This document shows, in pieces, positions 13,066-28,686 of a DNA stretch of 64,000 bases (position 1 is its first letter; every line of letters starts with the position of its first letter). Under the pieces are notes generated by a model, which saw only the letters and a program-made list of their open reading frames with translations, did not search any database and was not told the origin of the DNA. The DNA comes from Eledone cirrhosa (taxonomy: Eukaryota): positions 129,022,001 to 129,086,000 of the forward strand of contig OZ024745.1 of assembly GCA_964016885.1 (NCBI GenBank). The letters are read 5' to 3'. The position numbers were made by a program, and so were the translations under genes.

Positions 13066-13292
13066 AAGAATGAGAAATAAAATAGATTAAGGGGACGGGC
13101 GGGATGGAATTGGAAAAAATGTCTTTAGATAAAAATAATAGGTCCATTCATGGTGACAACTCTTGCAAAACTGTTGGTGTTGGCGTTTTGTGTATGCTTT
13201 GATTTTTAGAAAAGTGGATGATGTCGCGCGTCTACCTGAAATGGAAAACCCGTTTTGTAAAAAGAGCTATACTTGAGCACGTGCGTAAGCAT

Positions 13293-13364
<72 letters not shown>

Positions 13365-13414
13365 TCTATTATATATATTTCAAGGGTACCAAAACTTTGG
13401 TACGCACTCATCAG

Positions 13415-14345
<931 letters not shown>

Positions 14346-15672
14346 ATATATATATAGTTGAATCAACGGTATGGTGTTGATGTTGGTGTTATTATTATCA
14401 TTATTATTAATTATTATTATAAAGTACCAGTAATGTACTGGGTAATTGCTGGCCTTGTGTCAAAAGTAGAAACAATTATTATTAATTATTATTACGGTGG
14501 TGGAGATGGTTGTGGTTGTAGTAGTGGTAGTGGTGATGGTTGTGTCAATGATGATGATGATGATGATGGTGATAATATTAAGGCTGATAATGGTGATTTT
14601 AATAACACTAATGATGTTGATGTAGATGATCATATCAACTAAAGAAAACTCCACGATGTGGGGAAGAAGTGAAGTGGGATACTATGATTGGAATAGTATG
14701 ATTTTAATTACTACAGCCTTGGGCTTGCTTCCTTAAACACATTATGAGAGATCAGCTGCATTGCTATAGCACACCCAATCCAATCACACTATACTAACGC
14801 AACTCTAACTCCCACATAAACGTATCCACTATGTTTTCCTGACTATTGAACACGGCGTTTTATATGCATCAGCGATAAGATAATGGTTTGCTTTCCTAGC
14901 ACATGTGTCTTGAAGACACTACAGAGTCACGTGAACAGCAGACAAAATTCTCTCAAATTAAGGCACGCCGTCTTAAAAAAAATAAAATAAAATAAACATG
15001 AAAGAATTATGCTTTTACTGGTGAGGAATAACTTCAAATAAAAAATCAAAAAAATCATCCTAAAAAATAAATAAAATAAAATAAACCATCCCCCTAAAAA
15101 ACAACAACAAAAAAACATCCCCCTAAAAAAAATGAAAAAAACCCAACCGCATCAATAAAAAAAAAGGGAAGACAAAAAAAAAAAATTCCTAGCACCAACA
15201 ATTTTTCTTAATCGTACTAATGCGGGATTTTCTATGGCTGTCGACTTACGAGAAATATTATATGTATTTTCATTGTATGACACCCAACGGTCTTACCAAA
15301 GTAGGAATGTATTGGGATAATGTTGTCCTAGATGTGTAATTCCTCAAAACATGAATGCGATTTTCATGGCTGAAAAGTCGTTGAAGACAGGAATCCTTAG
15401 TCAGTGGTGACCTAAAGCAAAATGATAGCAACGATAAACGTTTTCATAACGATGTCCTCCGAGTGTTCGACATTCATTGTTAAGATTTAGTTTCTAGATT
15501 CACATGTATATCTCCGTACTTCTATATATTAATTACATAACAGGCATTGCTATTGTCTCCTTCTGTCTGACGTCAAACTGTGGTTCATCAATAGGTATCT
15601 AATGTGATGTGTGGAAGCTACTGCTGTTTCGTATTACACACACTCGCACACATACACATATACATATGTATA

Positions 15673-15773
<101 letters not shown>

Positions 15774-15850
15774 CCAATTATAGCTATGTACTGCCTCCTG
15801 CGTTTTGTTGGTTCATTTTCAACTATGTATATATATGTACACACACGCAC

Positions 15851-15988
<138 letters not shown>

Positions 15989-16105
15989 ACATATATATAT
16001 TTCTATATATTATTTTATTGGCAACATAACCCTCCAAAGGTATAACAATATCTGTTTCAACACACGTTTTCAGATAAGGAGTCTGCAAAACAGATACAAA
16101 AAACG

Positions 16106-16162
<57 letters not shown>

Positions 16163-16286
16163 TATGCGTGTGTATGTATATATATATGTGTGCGTACGTC
16201 TGCATACTTACATTTATATATATATATACGTGCACACGTACATGCATACGTACATGCATACGTACATGCATGCATATATATATATA

Positions 16287-16377
<91 letters not shown>

Positions 16378-16473
16378 AGATGTCAACATGAAGGACCTGT
16401 TATTTTTATCTAAAGACATTTTTTTCCAATTGCATCCCGCCCGTCCCCTCAATCTATTTTATTTCTCATTCTT

Positions 16474-16509
16474 TCTTCTGATGAAGGACTAGCATCCGAA
16501 AAGTTAAGA
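16474..16509 (+). ncRNA. Minimal hammerhead motif, degenerate copy of the 13030 family
   Basis: TCTT-CTGATGA-A-GGACTAGCATCC-GAAA-AG-TT-AAGA, inside a copy (16376-16600) of the 12630-12930 unit. Confidence 0.68.
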
Positions 16510-16652
16510 TCCTCTTCCTGCTATATCAAGCGTTAACCTAATATATACCTTCCATATACTGTGCCGATTGTGTTGTTATTTCTGTTTACCTTTTACATAC
16601 ATACATATATATATATATATATACAGACACACAGACACACAGACACACACAG

Positions 16653-16742
<90 letters not shown>

Positions 16743-17035
16743 CCACCACCCCTACACGCCCCACACCCTTCCACCACTTGTTTTACATGTTTATTTTTAT
16801 TTTTATCATGCTTTTATATTTATTTTCATTTGTACCGTTTCCTCTTACCCCCTTTTTTCTAAATGTCTCTCCCTCACTCCCCTACACACCCTTGGAACTC
16901 TCTTCCGACACACTTTTCGCCCAAAGAAGGGCTTATGCCCGAAACGTCGTTCCCCACCACCACCCCACTCTCAAGAGCGTGAAACTAATAAACCTTTGTT
17001 CGTACTGCCTCTCTGTTTTGTTCCCGTTCAATTTT

Positions 17036-17080
<45 letters not shown>

Positions 17081-17133
17081 CCAAGACTGGAATTGAACCA
17101 CCAGCACAGTTGAGGTATGTCATACATCAATTT

Positions 17134-17205
17134 ATATATTTTATCTGGTGAGGACGTACTGAGGAAACAGCACACTACCTCCGAAATATATATAATAAAA
17201 TATAT
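17134..17205 (+). ncRNA. Hammerhead motif with A6>G core change
   Basis: ATATATTTTAT-CTGGTGA-GGA...TCC-GAAA-TATATA-TA-ATAAAATATAT; 11-bp stem I. Confidence 0.72.
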
Positions 17206-17244
17206 TTGATTACATGAATGTCTATATTTATTAATGTTTTGAAT

Positions 17245-17320
<76 letters not shown>

Positions 17321-17703
17321 GAGAGGTATAGAGATTGTATAAGCAAGAAGCTAACGGCATTCTATAACATATATGCGACTATAACGTCAAGATGGGAAAA
17401 GTAGTTAACGAAAGATTTAGGAAAAATAACTCAAACTCATCTCAAAAGAGAATCAGGATATAAATTCATCCACAGAATTTAGTGAAATCCAGGGAAAAAT
17501 CTATAGACCTTTAACTCATGATAAAATAAAGTCTGAAACACTTATCCTTCAATTTGGAATAACATCAAATACTCTGTATAGTCTTAAAAGACTATTTCAT
17601 GAAAACTTTCAGTGGAGATGGTCACGGTTGGATTTCATTCATCAGCAGAGCTCAACAGAAAACCTATATATATATATGCCTGTATATCCTCTTCATTCTC
17701 GCA

Positions 17704-17811
17704 TGCTCCGAAGAACTGACTGGTTATAATTTTGTATTGGCGATCGAGTAACGCGAAAACAAGCGAATAGCGATCTCTAGACCTACCAGTTCAGAGAAAC
17801 AATTGTCAGCA
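17704..17811 (+). ncRNA. Hammerhead motif with long stem II insert, U4>C
   Basis: TGCT-CCGAAGA-A-CTGACTGGT...ACCAGTTCAG-A-GAAAC-AATT-GTC-AGCA. Confidence 0.68.
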
Positions 17812-17860
17812 ATGAGATTAAAAACTTTTTTTGTATAGCAAACCATGTCAATCTTCTTTC

Positions 17861-17948
<88 letters not shown>

Positions 17949-18010
17949 GTGGGTTGGGGTTACAAGACGTATTGATAGTTTTGATCCAAGGAAATGAACT
18001 TCAAGAAAAC

Positions 18011-21000
18011 ACCACCACCACCACCACCACCACCACCACCACCACCACCACCACCACTACCACCACGACCACCAACAACAACTCAAGCCACCACCATCAC
18101 TCCAGCAGTCACATCATCATCACCATCACTAAAATCGTCACCACCACCACCACCAGCAACACCACCACCAGCAACACCACCACCACCACCACCAGCAACA
18201 CCACCAGCAACACCACCACCACCACCACCACCACCACCACCACCAACACCACCACCAACTCAAGCCATCACCATCATCACCACCAGTCACATCATCATCA
18301 CCATCATCACTAAAATCGTCATCACCACCACCTCAAACCATCACCAAGATGGTTACAGCGACAACGACGTCACTAGTGGCGACAACGGCGATGATATGGT
18401 TGATAAGGGGGATAACTGCGCCAATGGCACCGTTGGTGGTGATAACTACTAAACTTACTAATATGGTAGCGATGACAACGGCAACGAACATATAGACGAT
18501 ATCGACAGCTGAAGCAACGACGACAAAGATTGTGACAATAATGGCGGTGGTGAGATGAATATGATGAGATTGTGATGGGGGTGGTGGCTGTGGTGGTGGT
18601 GGGGGTGGCTGTGGTGGTGGCTGTGGTGGTGGCTGTGGTGGTGGTGTTGGTGTTGGCTGTGGTGGTGGTGGTGGCTGTGGTGGTGGCTGTGGTGGTGGTG
18701 GGGGTGGCTGTGGTGGTGGCTGTGGTGGTGGTGTTGGTGTTGGTGTTGGTGTTGGCTGTGGTGGTGGCTGTGGTTGTGTTGGCTGTGGTGGTGGTGGTGG
18801 CTGTGGTGGTGGTGGTGGCTGTGGTGGTGGTGGTGGCTGTGGTGATGGCTGTGGTGGTGGCTGTGGTTGTGTTGGCTGTGGTGTTGGTGTTGGCTGTGGT
18901 GGTGGCTGTGGTGGTGGTGGGGGTGGCTGTGGTGGTGGCTGTGGTGGTGGTGTTGGTGTTGGCTGTGGTGGTGGCTGTGGTGGTGGTGGGGGTGGCTGTG
19001 GTGGTGGCTGTGGTGGTGGCTGTGGTGGTGGTGTTGGTGTTGGCTGTGGTGGTGGTGTTGGCTGTGGTGGTGGTGGTGGCTGTGGAGGTGGTGGTGGTTG
19101 TGGTGGTGGCTGTGGTGGTGGTGTTGGCTGTGGTGGTGGTGGTGGCTGTGGTGGTGGTGGTGGTTGTGGTGGTGGCTGTGGTGTTGGTGTTGGCTGTGGT
19201 GGTGGTGTTGGCTGTGGTGGTGGTGGTGGCTGTGGTGGTGGTGGTGGTTGTGGTGGTGGCTGTGGTGGTGTTGGCTGTGGCGGTGTTGGATGTGGTGGTG
19301 GTGTTGGCTGTGGTGGTGGTGGTGGTTGTGGTGGTGGTGGCTGTGGTGGTGGTGGTGCTTGTGTTGGTGGTGGTGTTCGCTGTGGTGGTGGTGGTGGCTG
19401 TGGTGGTGTCTGTGGTGGTGTTGGCTGTGGTGGTGGTGTTTATCGCGAGGATGATTTAATGGTAAATTGCTCTAGCAAAAGAGCCCAAAGCACAGTCTTC
19501 GGTGTCCAATACTATTGAGGACTTTGAAATCTGATGGGAATTCGAGTTGAATTAATTTTCTCTTTTCAACTTCTATTGCAACAGAGGACTTCTGTCATAG
19601 AAACCATAGCAACAGCGTGGTGATAATGATGATGATGATGATGATAATGATGATGATGATGATGATGATGATGATGGTGTTGACGATGGCGGTGATAAGG
19701 CGGTGGGGAAGGTATTTGTGATGATTGCGGATGACCGTGATTGTGTTGATGTTGGTGGTGAAGATGATTATGACGTCAAAGATGTTGATTATAATAGTGT
19801 TGATGGTGATAATGTTGTTGATGATGATGATGACGCCGTCGGTGGCGGTGGTGATGATGATGGTGGTGGTGGTGGTGATGGTGGAGGCAGCGGCGGTGGT
19901 GATGGTGGTAGAAATTTGGTTCTGGAGCCTCCAACGGTTCATAACCACCATCATCATCATCACCACCATCATCATCATCATCATCATCTTATTTCATCAT
20001 CACCATCATCATCATAATCCCCACCACCACCACAACTCCCCCTACCGCCACCCCCCTCGCCATATTATCAACACCATCATGGCTATTATTATCATCATCA
20101 AAACAACCATCACCATTACACAATACCATCATCTTCTTCCACCCTCACAAAACAGCAACAATACCACTGCTACCACCACCACCACACCACCACACCATCA
20201 CACCACCACCACCACCACACCACCAAACCACCACCAGCACACCGCACCATCATACCACCACATCACCACCACCACCACCACACCACTACACGCACCACAC
20301 CACTACCACCACGCCAGCAGCAGCAGCACCACCACCACCACCACCATCACCATCACCACCACACCACCACAAGCACCACACCACCACCACGCCACCACAC
20401 CATCACACCACCACCACGCCACCAAACCAGCACCACCACAGCACCAGCACTACACCACCACACCACCACACCAGCAGCAGCACCCCAGCACCCCACCCCA
20501 CCCCACCACCACCACCACCACCACTACCACCATCATCTGCAGCAAATGTTACTGCTGATGTTGCAACCTTGTTCGTTATTTAGGTCAACTTAGCTGACAC
20601 ACTTAATCTTCACCCCACCCAGCCGTCTATATTATCCCTGGGCCGATGGCATAACCTTTACTCCCTTATACCATCTACCCACACCATCACCTCCCCCTCC
20701 ACTCCTCCATCACCAACACCACCACCACCACCATCATAACTCTCCCCGCCTAACTTTAACTCGTTTTTAAATCCACCCACACCACCAACACCCTCATAAT
20801 TCTCCCCACCAACATACTAATCAATCAATAAATCGATCAACACCACCACCACCACCACCAGCACCAGCACCAGCACCACCACAATCATCACCACCATCAC
20901 CATCATCACCACCAGCACCACCATCACCACCACCACCACTATCACCACCATCACCACCACTATCACCACCACAAGCACAACCAGCACCAGCACTATCACC

Positions 21001-21885
21001 ACCACCACCATCACCACCACCATCACCACCACCACCACTATCACCACCATCACCACCACTATCACCACCACAAGCACAACCAGCACCAGCACTATCACCA
21101 CCACCACCATCACCACCACTATCACCACCACCTCCACCACCACCACCACCATAACCACCACCACCACAAGCACAACCATCACCACCACCATCACCACCAC
21201 CACCACCACAACCATCACCACCACCACTACCACCATCACCACCACCACTATCACCACCACCACCACTACCACCACAACCATCACCACCACCACCACCACA
21301 ACCATCACCACCACCACCACCACAACCATCACCACCACCACCACCATCACCACCACCACCATCACTAGCAACACCACCATCACCATCACCACCACCACCA
21401 CCATCACCACCACCAGTATCACCACCACCACCATTACCACCAACACCACCACCACTATCACCACCACCACCACCATCACCACCACCAGTATCACCACCAC
21501 CACCATCACCACCACCAACACCACCACCACTATCACCACCACCACCACTACCACCACAACCATCACCACCACCACCACCATCACCATCACCAGTATCACC
21601 ACCACCACCATCACCACCATCACCACCAACACCACCACCACTATCACTACCACCACCACTACCACCACTATCACTATCACCACCACCACTACGACGACGA
21701 CGACGATCACGACTATCGCCACCATTACCACTACCACTGCCACCATCACCACCACCACCACCACCACCGCGACTATCACCTCGACAGCGACGACCACTAC
21801 CACCACCACCACCATTACAACCAACACCACCACCGCTACTACTACCACAACAACCAACCACTACCACCATAACAACAACAAGCAG
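18011..21885. repeat. Large trinucleotide-repeat field: (CCA)n, (GTG/GCT)n, (GAT)n, (CCA/TCA)n
   Basis: Blocks at 18011-18345, 18574-19440, 19620-19910, 19940-20530 and 20840-21885. Confidence 0.95.
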
Positions 21886-22047
21886 CACTATCACATCTGT
21901 AAGCAATGTTACATCCAGATATAAAATTTCAATGTTTCAATAGTGAGTAAGGTGCACCGGAAGTGGAGTTTAGGAGTTTCAAAAATTGTGCAGTGAATAA
22001 TTTTGATGCCAAGCTGCATGAAATGGGAAACAACAACTTTATATTAT

Positions 22048-22182
<135 letters not shown>

Positions 22183-22305
22183 GGAGGTGAGTTTTATTGT
22201 AGTACAATAAAGCAATGCAGATATCGGATAAGAAGCACTCTACAGTTTGTAGGACTGGAGTATGCATAATATAAGATCAAAAGATGGTTAAAGGAGTTCC
22301 ATATA

Positions 22306-22372
22306 TTTTATTATGCGCATTTCAAAAACAAACATCATCATGCAATAATATTTGTGTTTTCATCAGATAAAA
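22306..22372 (-). ncRNA. Type I hammerhead motif, same sequence as 4359-4425
   Basis: Lies in a solo copy (22179-22385) of the left arm of the 4233-4741 foldback. Confidence 0.85.
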
Positions 22373-22384
22373 CAGGAGAACATG

Positions 22385-22413
<29 letters not shown>

Positions 22414-22417
<4 letters not shown>

Positions 22418-22555
22418 AAGGAGCTTCTACAGGACTAGTACTGTTTCATTCAGATGAAATCTTCAGGAAGTTGGGTGTCATCTTAATATGACACCCAGCT
22501 TCCTGAAGATTTCATCTGAATGAAACAGTACTAGTCCTGTAGAAGCTCCTTCTAT
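22414..22555. repeat. Foldback carrying two divergent atypical hammerhead-like motifs
   Basis: Near-perfect inverted repeat centred on TGTCATCTTAATATGACA. Right arm reads AGCTTC-CTGAAGA-TTTCATCTGAAT-GAAAC-AGTACTA-GTC-CTGTA-GAAGCT (stem I offset). Tail with TATTGAGTAC runs to about 22635. Confidence 0.7.
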
Positions 22556-22633
22556 AAAATAAAAAAATTTTACTCTGCCATGTATTGAGTACCTTACTTA
22601 CTGTGGTTATCCCCGACTCAACCCGGGACCTAC

Positions 22634-22671
<38 letters not shown>

Positions 22672-22928
22672 GTACGTCATATACGTACGTCATATATATA
22701 TATATATATATATATATACGACAATACTCATCTTTTTCCATTTCTCTGAGGTTTCTTAACTCCACTATCAGGCTAAATAATTTCTTTAATTTCTTTAGTC
22801 AAATTACGGCGATAGCTTACATTTCTAATAATATTTATATATATAAAATAATTAAGTCAAATATGTAAAATTTGTGAAAGCAACTGGTGCGTGTGTTTCT
22901 TATTGGCAACATGACCATCCCAAAGAAT

Positions 22929-22974
<46 letters not shown>

Positions 22975-23067
22975 AATGAGTTATTTGGTTTGTTGATTAT
23001 TCAACAAAGTTAATTTTACAACAGATCACTGAACTTATAACTTGAAGTACACATGAAGATATGTCAC

Positions 23068-23122
23068 TTTATCTGAGGAAAGCGTACTTAAATTTTAGTA
23101 CCCTTGAAATACGTATATTAAA
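23068..23122 (+). ncRNA. Hammerhead motif
   Basis: TTTAT-CTGAGGA-AAGCGTACT-TAAATTTT-AGTACCCTT-GAAA-TACGTA-TA-TTAAA. Confidence 0.75.
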
Positions 23123-23406
23123 TAAATATGGTTTTATAAAGATATTGTCTATTTATTAATATTATTGATATTATATATATATATATATATATGTATGTAT
23201 TTGCATGTTTATTTCTATAGTTTCTCAGACTCTCATTATCATAAATATCATTATTCCCTATTTCCGGCTATTTTCTGTCTCTTTTTCTTCTTCCTACTTT
23301 CTCTTCCTGCTGTTTATCATCCTGTCTCATCTTTGCCATCTAAATATCTCTACTTATCAATAACACCAATAGAAACACCACCATCACCTATACCACTACC
23401 ACCACA

Positions 23407-23508
<102 letters not shown>

Positions 23509-24083
23509 GAGGTTATATTTAATTTGTTGGGATTCAACAAGCTTAACAATTTTTATAACTGATATAAAGCATTCAACTGGTTAGTGGAGTAAATACACAA
23601 TATATTAATAAATGGAAACTATATTTATAAAACCATATTTATTTTATTACATATTATTGTACTATCTCCACTATCCAGGAAGCTCCAACCGTTAAGGTTG
23701 TCTGTTTTCCGGGTATGTCAATATTTATTTATAAAACAAATCTGTATTTTATCTGATGAAAGCGCACCATAATTTGCCTTGGTTAATAAAATATGTATAA
23801 TAAAATAAATATGGTTTTATAAATATAGTTTCCATTTGTTAATATATTGTATATATATGTATATATATTTATATATAGTGGTAGAACACTGGAATGTTAT
23901 ATCCGTAGTGGTAGAGCACTCAGTCCATGGGACGAGTTAGGTAGAAGTGGTTACACAACAGTTAGTTCACCATACCGAGAACAATTGTTTCACCTTATGC
24001 GCATAAGGTGAAACAATTGTTCTCGATATATCTATATATCTATAAATATATATATATATATTTATATATATATATATACACAA

Positions 24084-24138
<55 letters not shown>

Positions 24139-24141
<3 letters not shown>

Positions 24142-24863
24142 GTTATAGCTCTGATTTATCCAAATTATTGAGCCCCTGCCACTCGTATCGGATTTGTTTA
24201 TCGTTAATTCGTGAGCTGATTTTCCGATACTCGATTATTCTATTATATTTAGCTCTAGACATAGCTATTGACCAGTTAATTTTATTGATCATTTTTTTGT
24301 CGATTCTATTGAATGATGAATAGCTCCTGTTTATTTTAACATGTCTATCGAGCACTCTGATTCGATGTGTGATATTTTGTACCCCCACATGATTTCCACA
24401 TTACCGAAAATTTTTCGCTAATATAGAGGTTATCTCCCTTGCTGGGCACCATGTGCGTGTCTGGCTAAAGGTCACTTCTTTATTATCGGACGCAACCCGT
24501 TGATAAAGCTCTTCCGGTCCCGTCCTTCCCTAGAAGACTTATATATTTTTATGTGGGATGATAGTGAACGGATTAAGGAATTGCAGAAACCCAAGAAGCT
24601 AGATTTAACACCCTTCTAGCGGGTCCGGGTAAGTTTTTTACATTCATTTAAATTATTGATTTATTGATATTTTATTTGAGTGACCCGAATCTTCCTGGTC
24701 GTTCTTTTTCGGCTGCACGGGTGATTTTAGGCTTAATCTTTATGTGTTCGTAATTTAACGATAGTTATAGCTCTGATTTATCCAAATTATTGAGCCCTCT
24801 GCCACTCATATCGGATTTGTTTATCGTTAATTCGTGAGCTGATTTTCCGATACTCGATTATTC

Positions 24864-24870
<7 letters not shown>
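24139..24870. mobile_element. ~730-bp element with ~110-bp direct terminal repeats, within (TA)n
   Basis: ATAGTTATAGCTCTGATTTATCC...CGATTATTCTATTATA at 24139-24247 and 24761-24870; no ORF or complete hammerhead found. Confidence 0.75.
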
Positions 24871-24900
<30 letters not shown>

Positions 24901-24951
24901 ATATATTCAATATATTAATAAATGGAAACTATATTTATAAAACCATAATTA

Positions 24952-25012
24952 TTTTATTATATATATTTCAAGGGAACCAAGGCAAATTATGGTGCGTTTT
25001 CATCAGATAAAA
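24952..25012 (-). ncRNA. Hammerhead motif related to 23068
   Basis: Reverse complement TTTTAT-CTGATGA-AAACGCACCA...TGGTTCCCTT-GAAA-TATATA-TA-ATAAAA; an internally deleted plus-strand copy lies near 23747-23805. Confidence 0.75.
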
Positions 25013-25155
25013 TATAGATTTGTTTTATAAATAAATATTGACATACCCGGAAAAAAGTAAATATTGAATATTTACTCCACTTACTTGTTGAGTGCTTTAT
25101 ATAAGTTATAAACATTTTAAAGCCTGTTGAATCCCAACAAATTAAATATAACCTC

Positions 25156-25203
<48 letters not shown>

Positions 25204-25289
25204 CAAATGTTTCATTAGTCTAATGTGTCTGAAAACCACTGTTCGTAAAATGCTACGTGACTCACACACAAACATAGACACACACAGAT

Positions 25290-25390
<101 letters not shown>

Positions 25391-25532
25391 TACAGACATA
25401 CATACGCACACACACACTTACACTCACACTCATACACTCACATACACAAATACACACACACACACATAGCTCTTATAACGATAGATAGCTCTTTCTCTTT
25501 CTATACATATATCTTTTAATTTGAATTATATA

Positions 25533-25640
<108 letters not shown>

Positions 25641-25833
25641 TGTTCAAGACCCCGACGGCAGAGCTCAAGTCGTTTCGAGGGCTATTTCTGGACTCAAGCC
25701 GTCGAATCGGCTTTAGCTCTGCCGTCGGGGTCTAGAACATTTTCAAATTACCCACACTACTACCCAAAGTATCGAGTACTCTGGTGCGTTATGGTCCACC
25801 TGGTTCCTTACCACACTTCCTTCGTTATATATA

Positions 25834-26533
25834 CTAGCAGAAAAACCAGCCTTTCGGGTGGTTTTCTGCTAGCATGTGTAGTGTGTATATTGATATTATA
25901 CGCAGGTATATATACATGTAGATATGATCCATCAAATAAAATCGTAATTGACAATATACACAGAAATCGAACGAAGACTGCGTTACACTGTCTTATGTAA
26001 TCAGTAACGTAATCCATGATACATTAAAAAAAGACGATATTATATATAAACTGCATTAGGAGAAAATTAGTGACGGAAATATATGAATGTCTATTTAAGT
26101 AATCGCCACCGGAAGTGTTGACATCACATACTCTCTCTTTCTATATATATGGTAGTTGAAGTGGTGGTGGTGGCAACGATATACCGGAAGTGCAACTTTG
26201 AAAAGAAGTCACTTTTAAATTATTTATTTTTACGAAATTTAGTAGATAATTTATCTAATATTCAGATTGGGAGTATCGGTAGAGGGTCGGACGCCATGCT
26301 TTCCAGCATAGTTACGTCCCTTTATGATCTGAGTTCAAATCCCGCCGAGGTTGACTTTGCCTTTCATCCTTACGGGGTCGATAAAATAAAGTACCAGTAA
26401 TGCACTGGGTGATTGCTGGCCTTGTGCCTAAAGTAGAAACAATTATTTATTCAAAGTAATCCAACTTATTTTACTAAGGGGATAAACAAAACCCCGTACG
26501 CATTCCCGCAGACTTCCTTTATTATAGTATATA
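25834..26533 (-). mobile_element. Non-autonomous Helitron containing a SINE insertion
   Basis: Minus-strand 5' end TATACTATAATAAAGGAAGTCTGC; minus-strand 3' hairpin region ending CTAG|T at 25834. Confidence 0.65.
26265..26447 (+). mobile_element. tRNA-type SINE (octopus-like family)
   Basis: A-box-like TGGCAGTATCGG (here TGGGAG), B-box GAGTTCAAATCCC, body GCCTTTCATCCTTACGGGGTCGATAAAATAAAGTACCAGT, TAT-rich tail. Confidence 0.9.
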
Positions 26534-26575
26534 TATATATATATATATATATACAGTATATATATATATATATTT

Positions 26576-26619
<44 letters not shown>

Positions 26620-26764
26620 ATTTATTTATTTATACACGTGTGTGTATGCGTGTGTCTGTGGATGTATACGCACACATATGGCGTACATATACTTCAATGT
26701 TTACGTATACACATGAACATACACACACATATATTCTATATATGTTTGAATATTACTAAATACT

Positions 26765-26958
26765 AATAACTGTTTCTACTTTTGGCACAAGGCCAGCAAT
26801 TATCCCAGTGTATTACTGGTACTTTATTTTATCGACCCCTTAAGGATGAAAGGCAAAGTTAACCTCGGCGGGATTTGAACTCAGACCACAAAGGGCCGTA
26901 ACTCTTTGCTGTAAAGCATGGCGTCCGACCCTCTACCGATACTGCCAATCCACCGCCA
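26765..26958 (-). mobile_element. SINE, full length
   Basis: Same consensus; flanking direct repeat ATTACTAAATA. Confidence 0.9.
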
Positions 26959-27378
26959 TTACTAAATATTAAAAATAAATATGTACACTGCTGCTATATT
27001 ACCTTTATACCACTACAGCACCATCACTCTTATCTTTGACATTTTCTCTTTCCATAAGTCTAAACGCGATTTCTATGCTTAAGCAATAGCTAATCTTCTT
27101 TCGTCATTAGTCTCTCGTTAAGGTTTGATATTTCGCAATACAATACACACCAAACAAATGAAAACATAAAAAGCTGGTCAATATCATTTTAGTTCTATTC
27201 TTTCTTGTCGCGGCGTTGTATTTCTTTTGCAAGATTTTTTATATGAAATCGTGTGTTGAAACAGATATTGTTATATTTAGATAGGGTCATGTTATTTTAT
27301 ATTTTTCTGGCCATCCATATTATAACAACATAACCCTCCCCAAATATAACAATATATATATAAATATATATATATATT

Positions 27379-27409
<31 letters not shown>

Positions 27410-27426
27410 TATTATTATTATATATA

Positions 27427-27505
27427 GGACATGGCAGCGATAATGAGGAACAGAGACCGCTGGAGAGAACTCGTCCATGGATCTCGGGAATTTTACCCGC
27501 CTTAG
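27427..27505 (+). mobile_element. Tiny RTE-like 3' end fragment
   Basis: DMAAIMRNRDRWRELVHGSR resembles the M.DR..WR..V terminus. Confidence 0.45.
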
Positions 27506-27689
27506 ATATATATATATATATATATAGATATATATATATATATTTTAAATTCATAGGATATATGTATATATTTAGACATATATTTAGACATAGTCACATA
27601 CATATATGAGTGTGGCTACCTTCCACGGTGTGGCTCAATGAAGAATTAATTAAGCAAATAATTATTAATCAGAGCTATATATAAAATAG

Positions 27690-28277
27690 CAAGTGTGAAG
27701 AATTATTAGATAAAATATATACAGTATTTCCTCTCGCTAATCCGTAGAAATCAACCACATAAATAATCATTTAAACGAGGCTATAAGTTTAAAATGTAAC
27801 TATGAAGAAATAATAGACAAATGATACAGACTATCTTCCGCGAGGAATAGTCAGATAAAATTTATCAGATAAAATTTATCTAGTCATTCCTTATAGCTCG
27901 TAGAAATTAACTAGACAAATCATCAACTAAACGGTGTTAGGTCTAAAATATAAGTTATAAGAAAAAGTGCATATAAACTTTACCAAAATTCCTCTAGTCC
28001 CGACTGTCGACAGATTCGCTCTCTTTTTGTGGATATATCCGATCCTGGAATTATCCTTGAGTCTTGGAGCTTATCAAGAGAAACGTCGAGTTTGGACTAA
28101 AATTTCCACAGTGATCACCGCCAGAAATGAATTACAAAATGGCTAAGAATCATATCGCTTCATAGTTACATTTTAAACTTATAGCCTCGTTTAAATGATT
28201 ATTTAAGTGGTTGATTTCTACGGACAAGGGAGAGGAAGGACTGTATATATTTTATCTAATAATTCTTTAAACTTGCA

Positions 28278-28278
<1 letters not shown>
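27690..28278. repeat. Inverted repeat (~120-bp arms, ~350-bp spacer)
   Basis: AAGAATTATTAGATAAAATATATACAGT...GTAACTATGAAG versus CTTCATAGTTAC...ACTGTATATATTTTATCTAATAATTCTT. Confidence 0.8.
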
Positions 28279-28358
<80 letters not shown>

Positions 28359-28563
28359 CAAAGAGGGTGTGGCAACATACCAGGTGGACCATAACGCACC
28401 AGAGTACTCAATACTTAGGGTAGTAGAGTGGATAATAGGAAAAGAGTCAGAACCCCGACGGCTGAGCTCCGGCCGTTTCGACAGCTAGATCTATCTATCT
28501 ATCTAACTATCTATCTATCTATCTATCTATATATTTATCTACCTATCTATCTATCTATCTATC

Positions 28564-28607
<44 letters not shown>

Positions 28608-28609
28608 TC

Positions 28610-28686
<77 letters not shown>

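Larger units (their letters stand above)
12630..13243. mobile_element. Two diverged copies of one hammerhead-bearing unit, tail-to-tail around a TA/TACA tract
   Basis: TTTCAGGTAGACGCGC... (12632) and ...GCGCGTCTACCTGAAA (13241); arms visibly diverged; both 3' tails end ...GTTTACCTTTTACATA at the central microsatellite. Confidence 0.85.

Noticed and set aside
18572-21906. Val-, Trp- and Gly-rich ORFs of 195-361 aa
   Set aside because: Trinucleotide repeat read-through, open in several frames.
26265-26350. tRNA genes at SINE heads
   Set aside because: Only A/B-box-like motifs; no cloverleaf; always fused to the SINE body.
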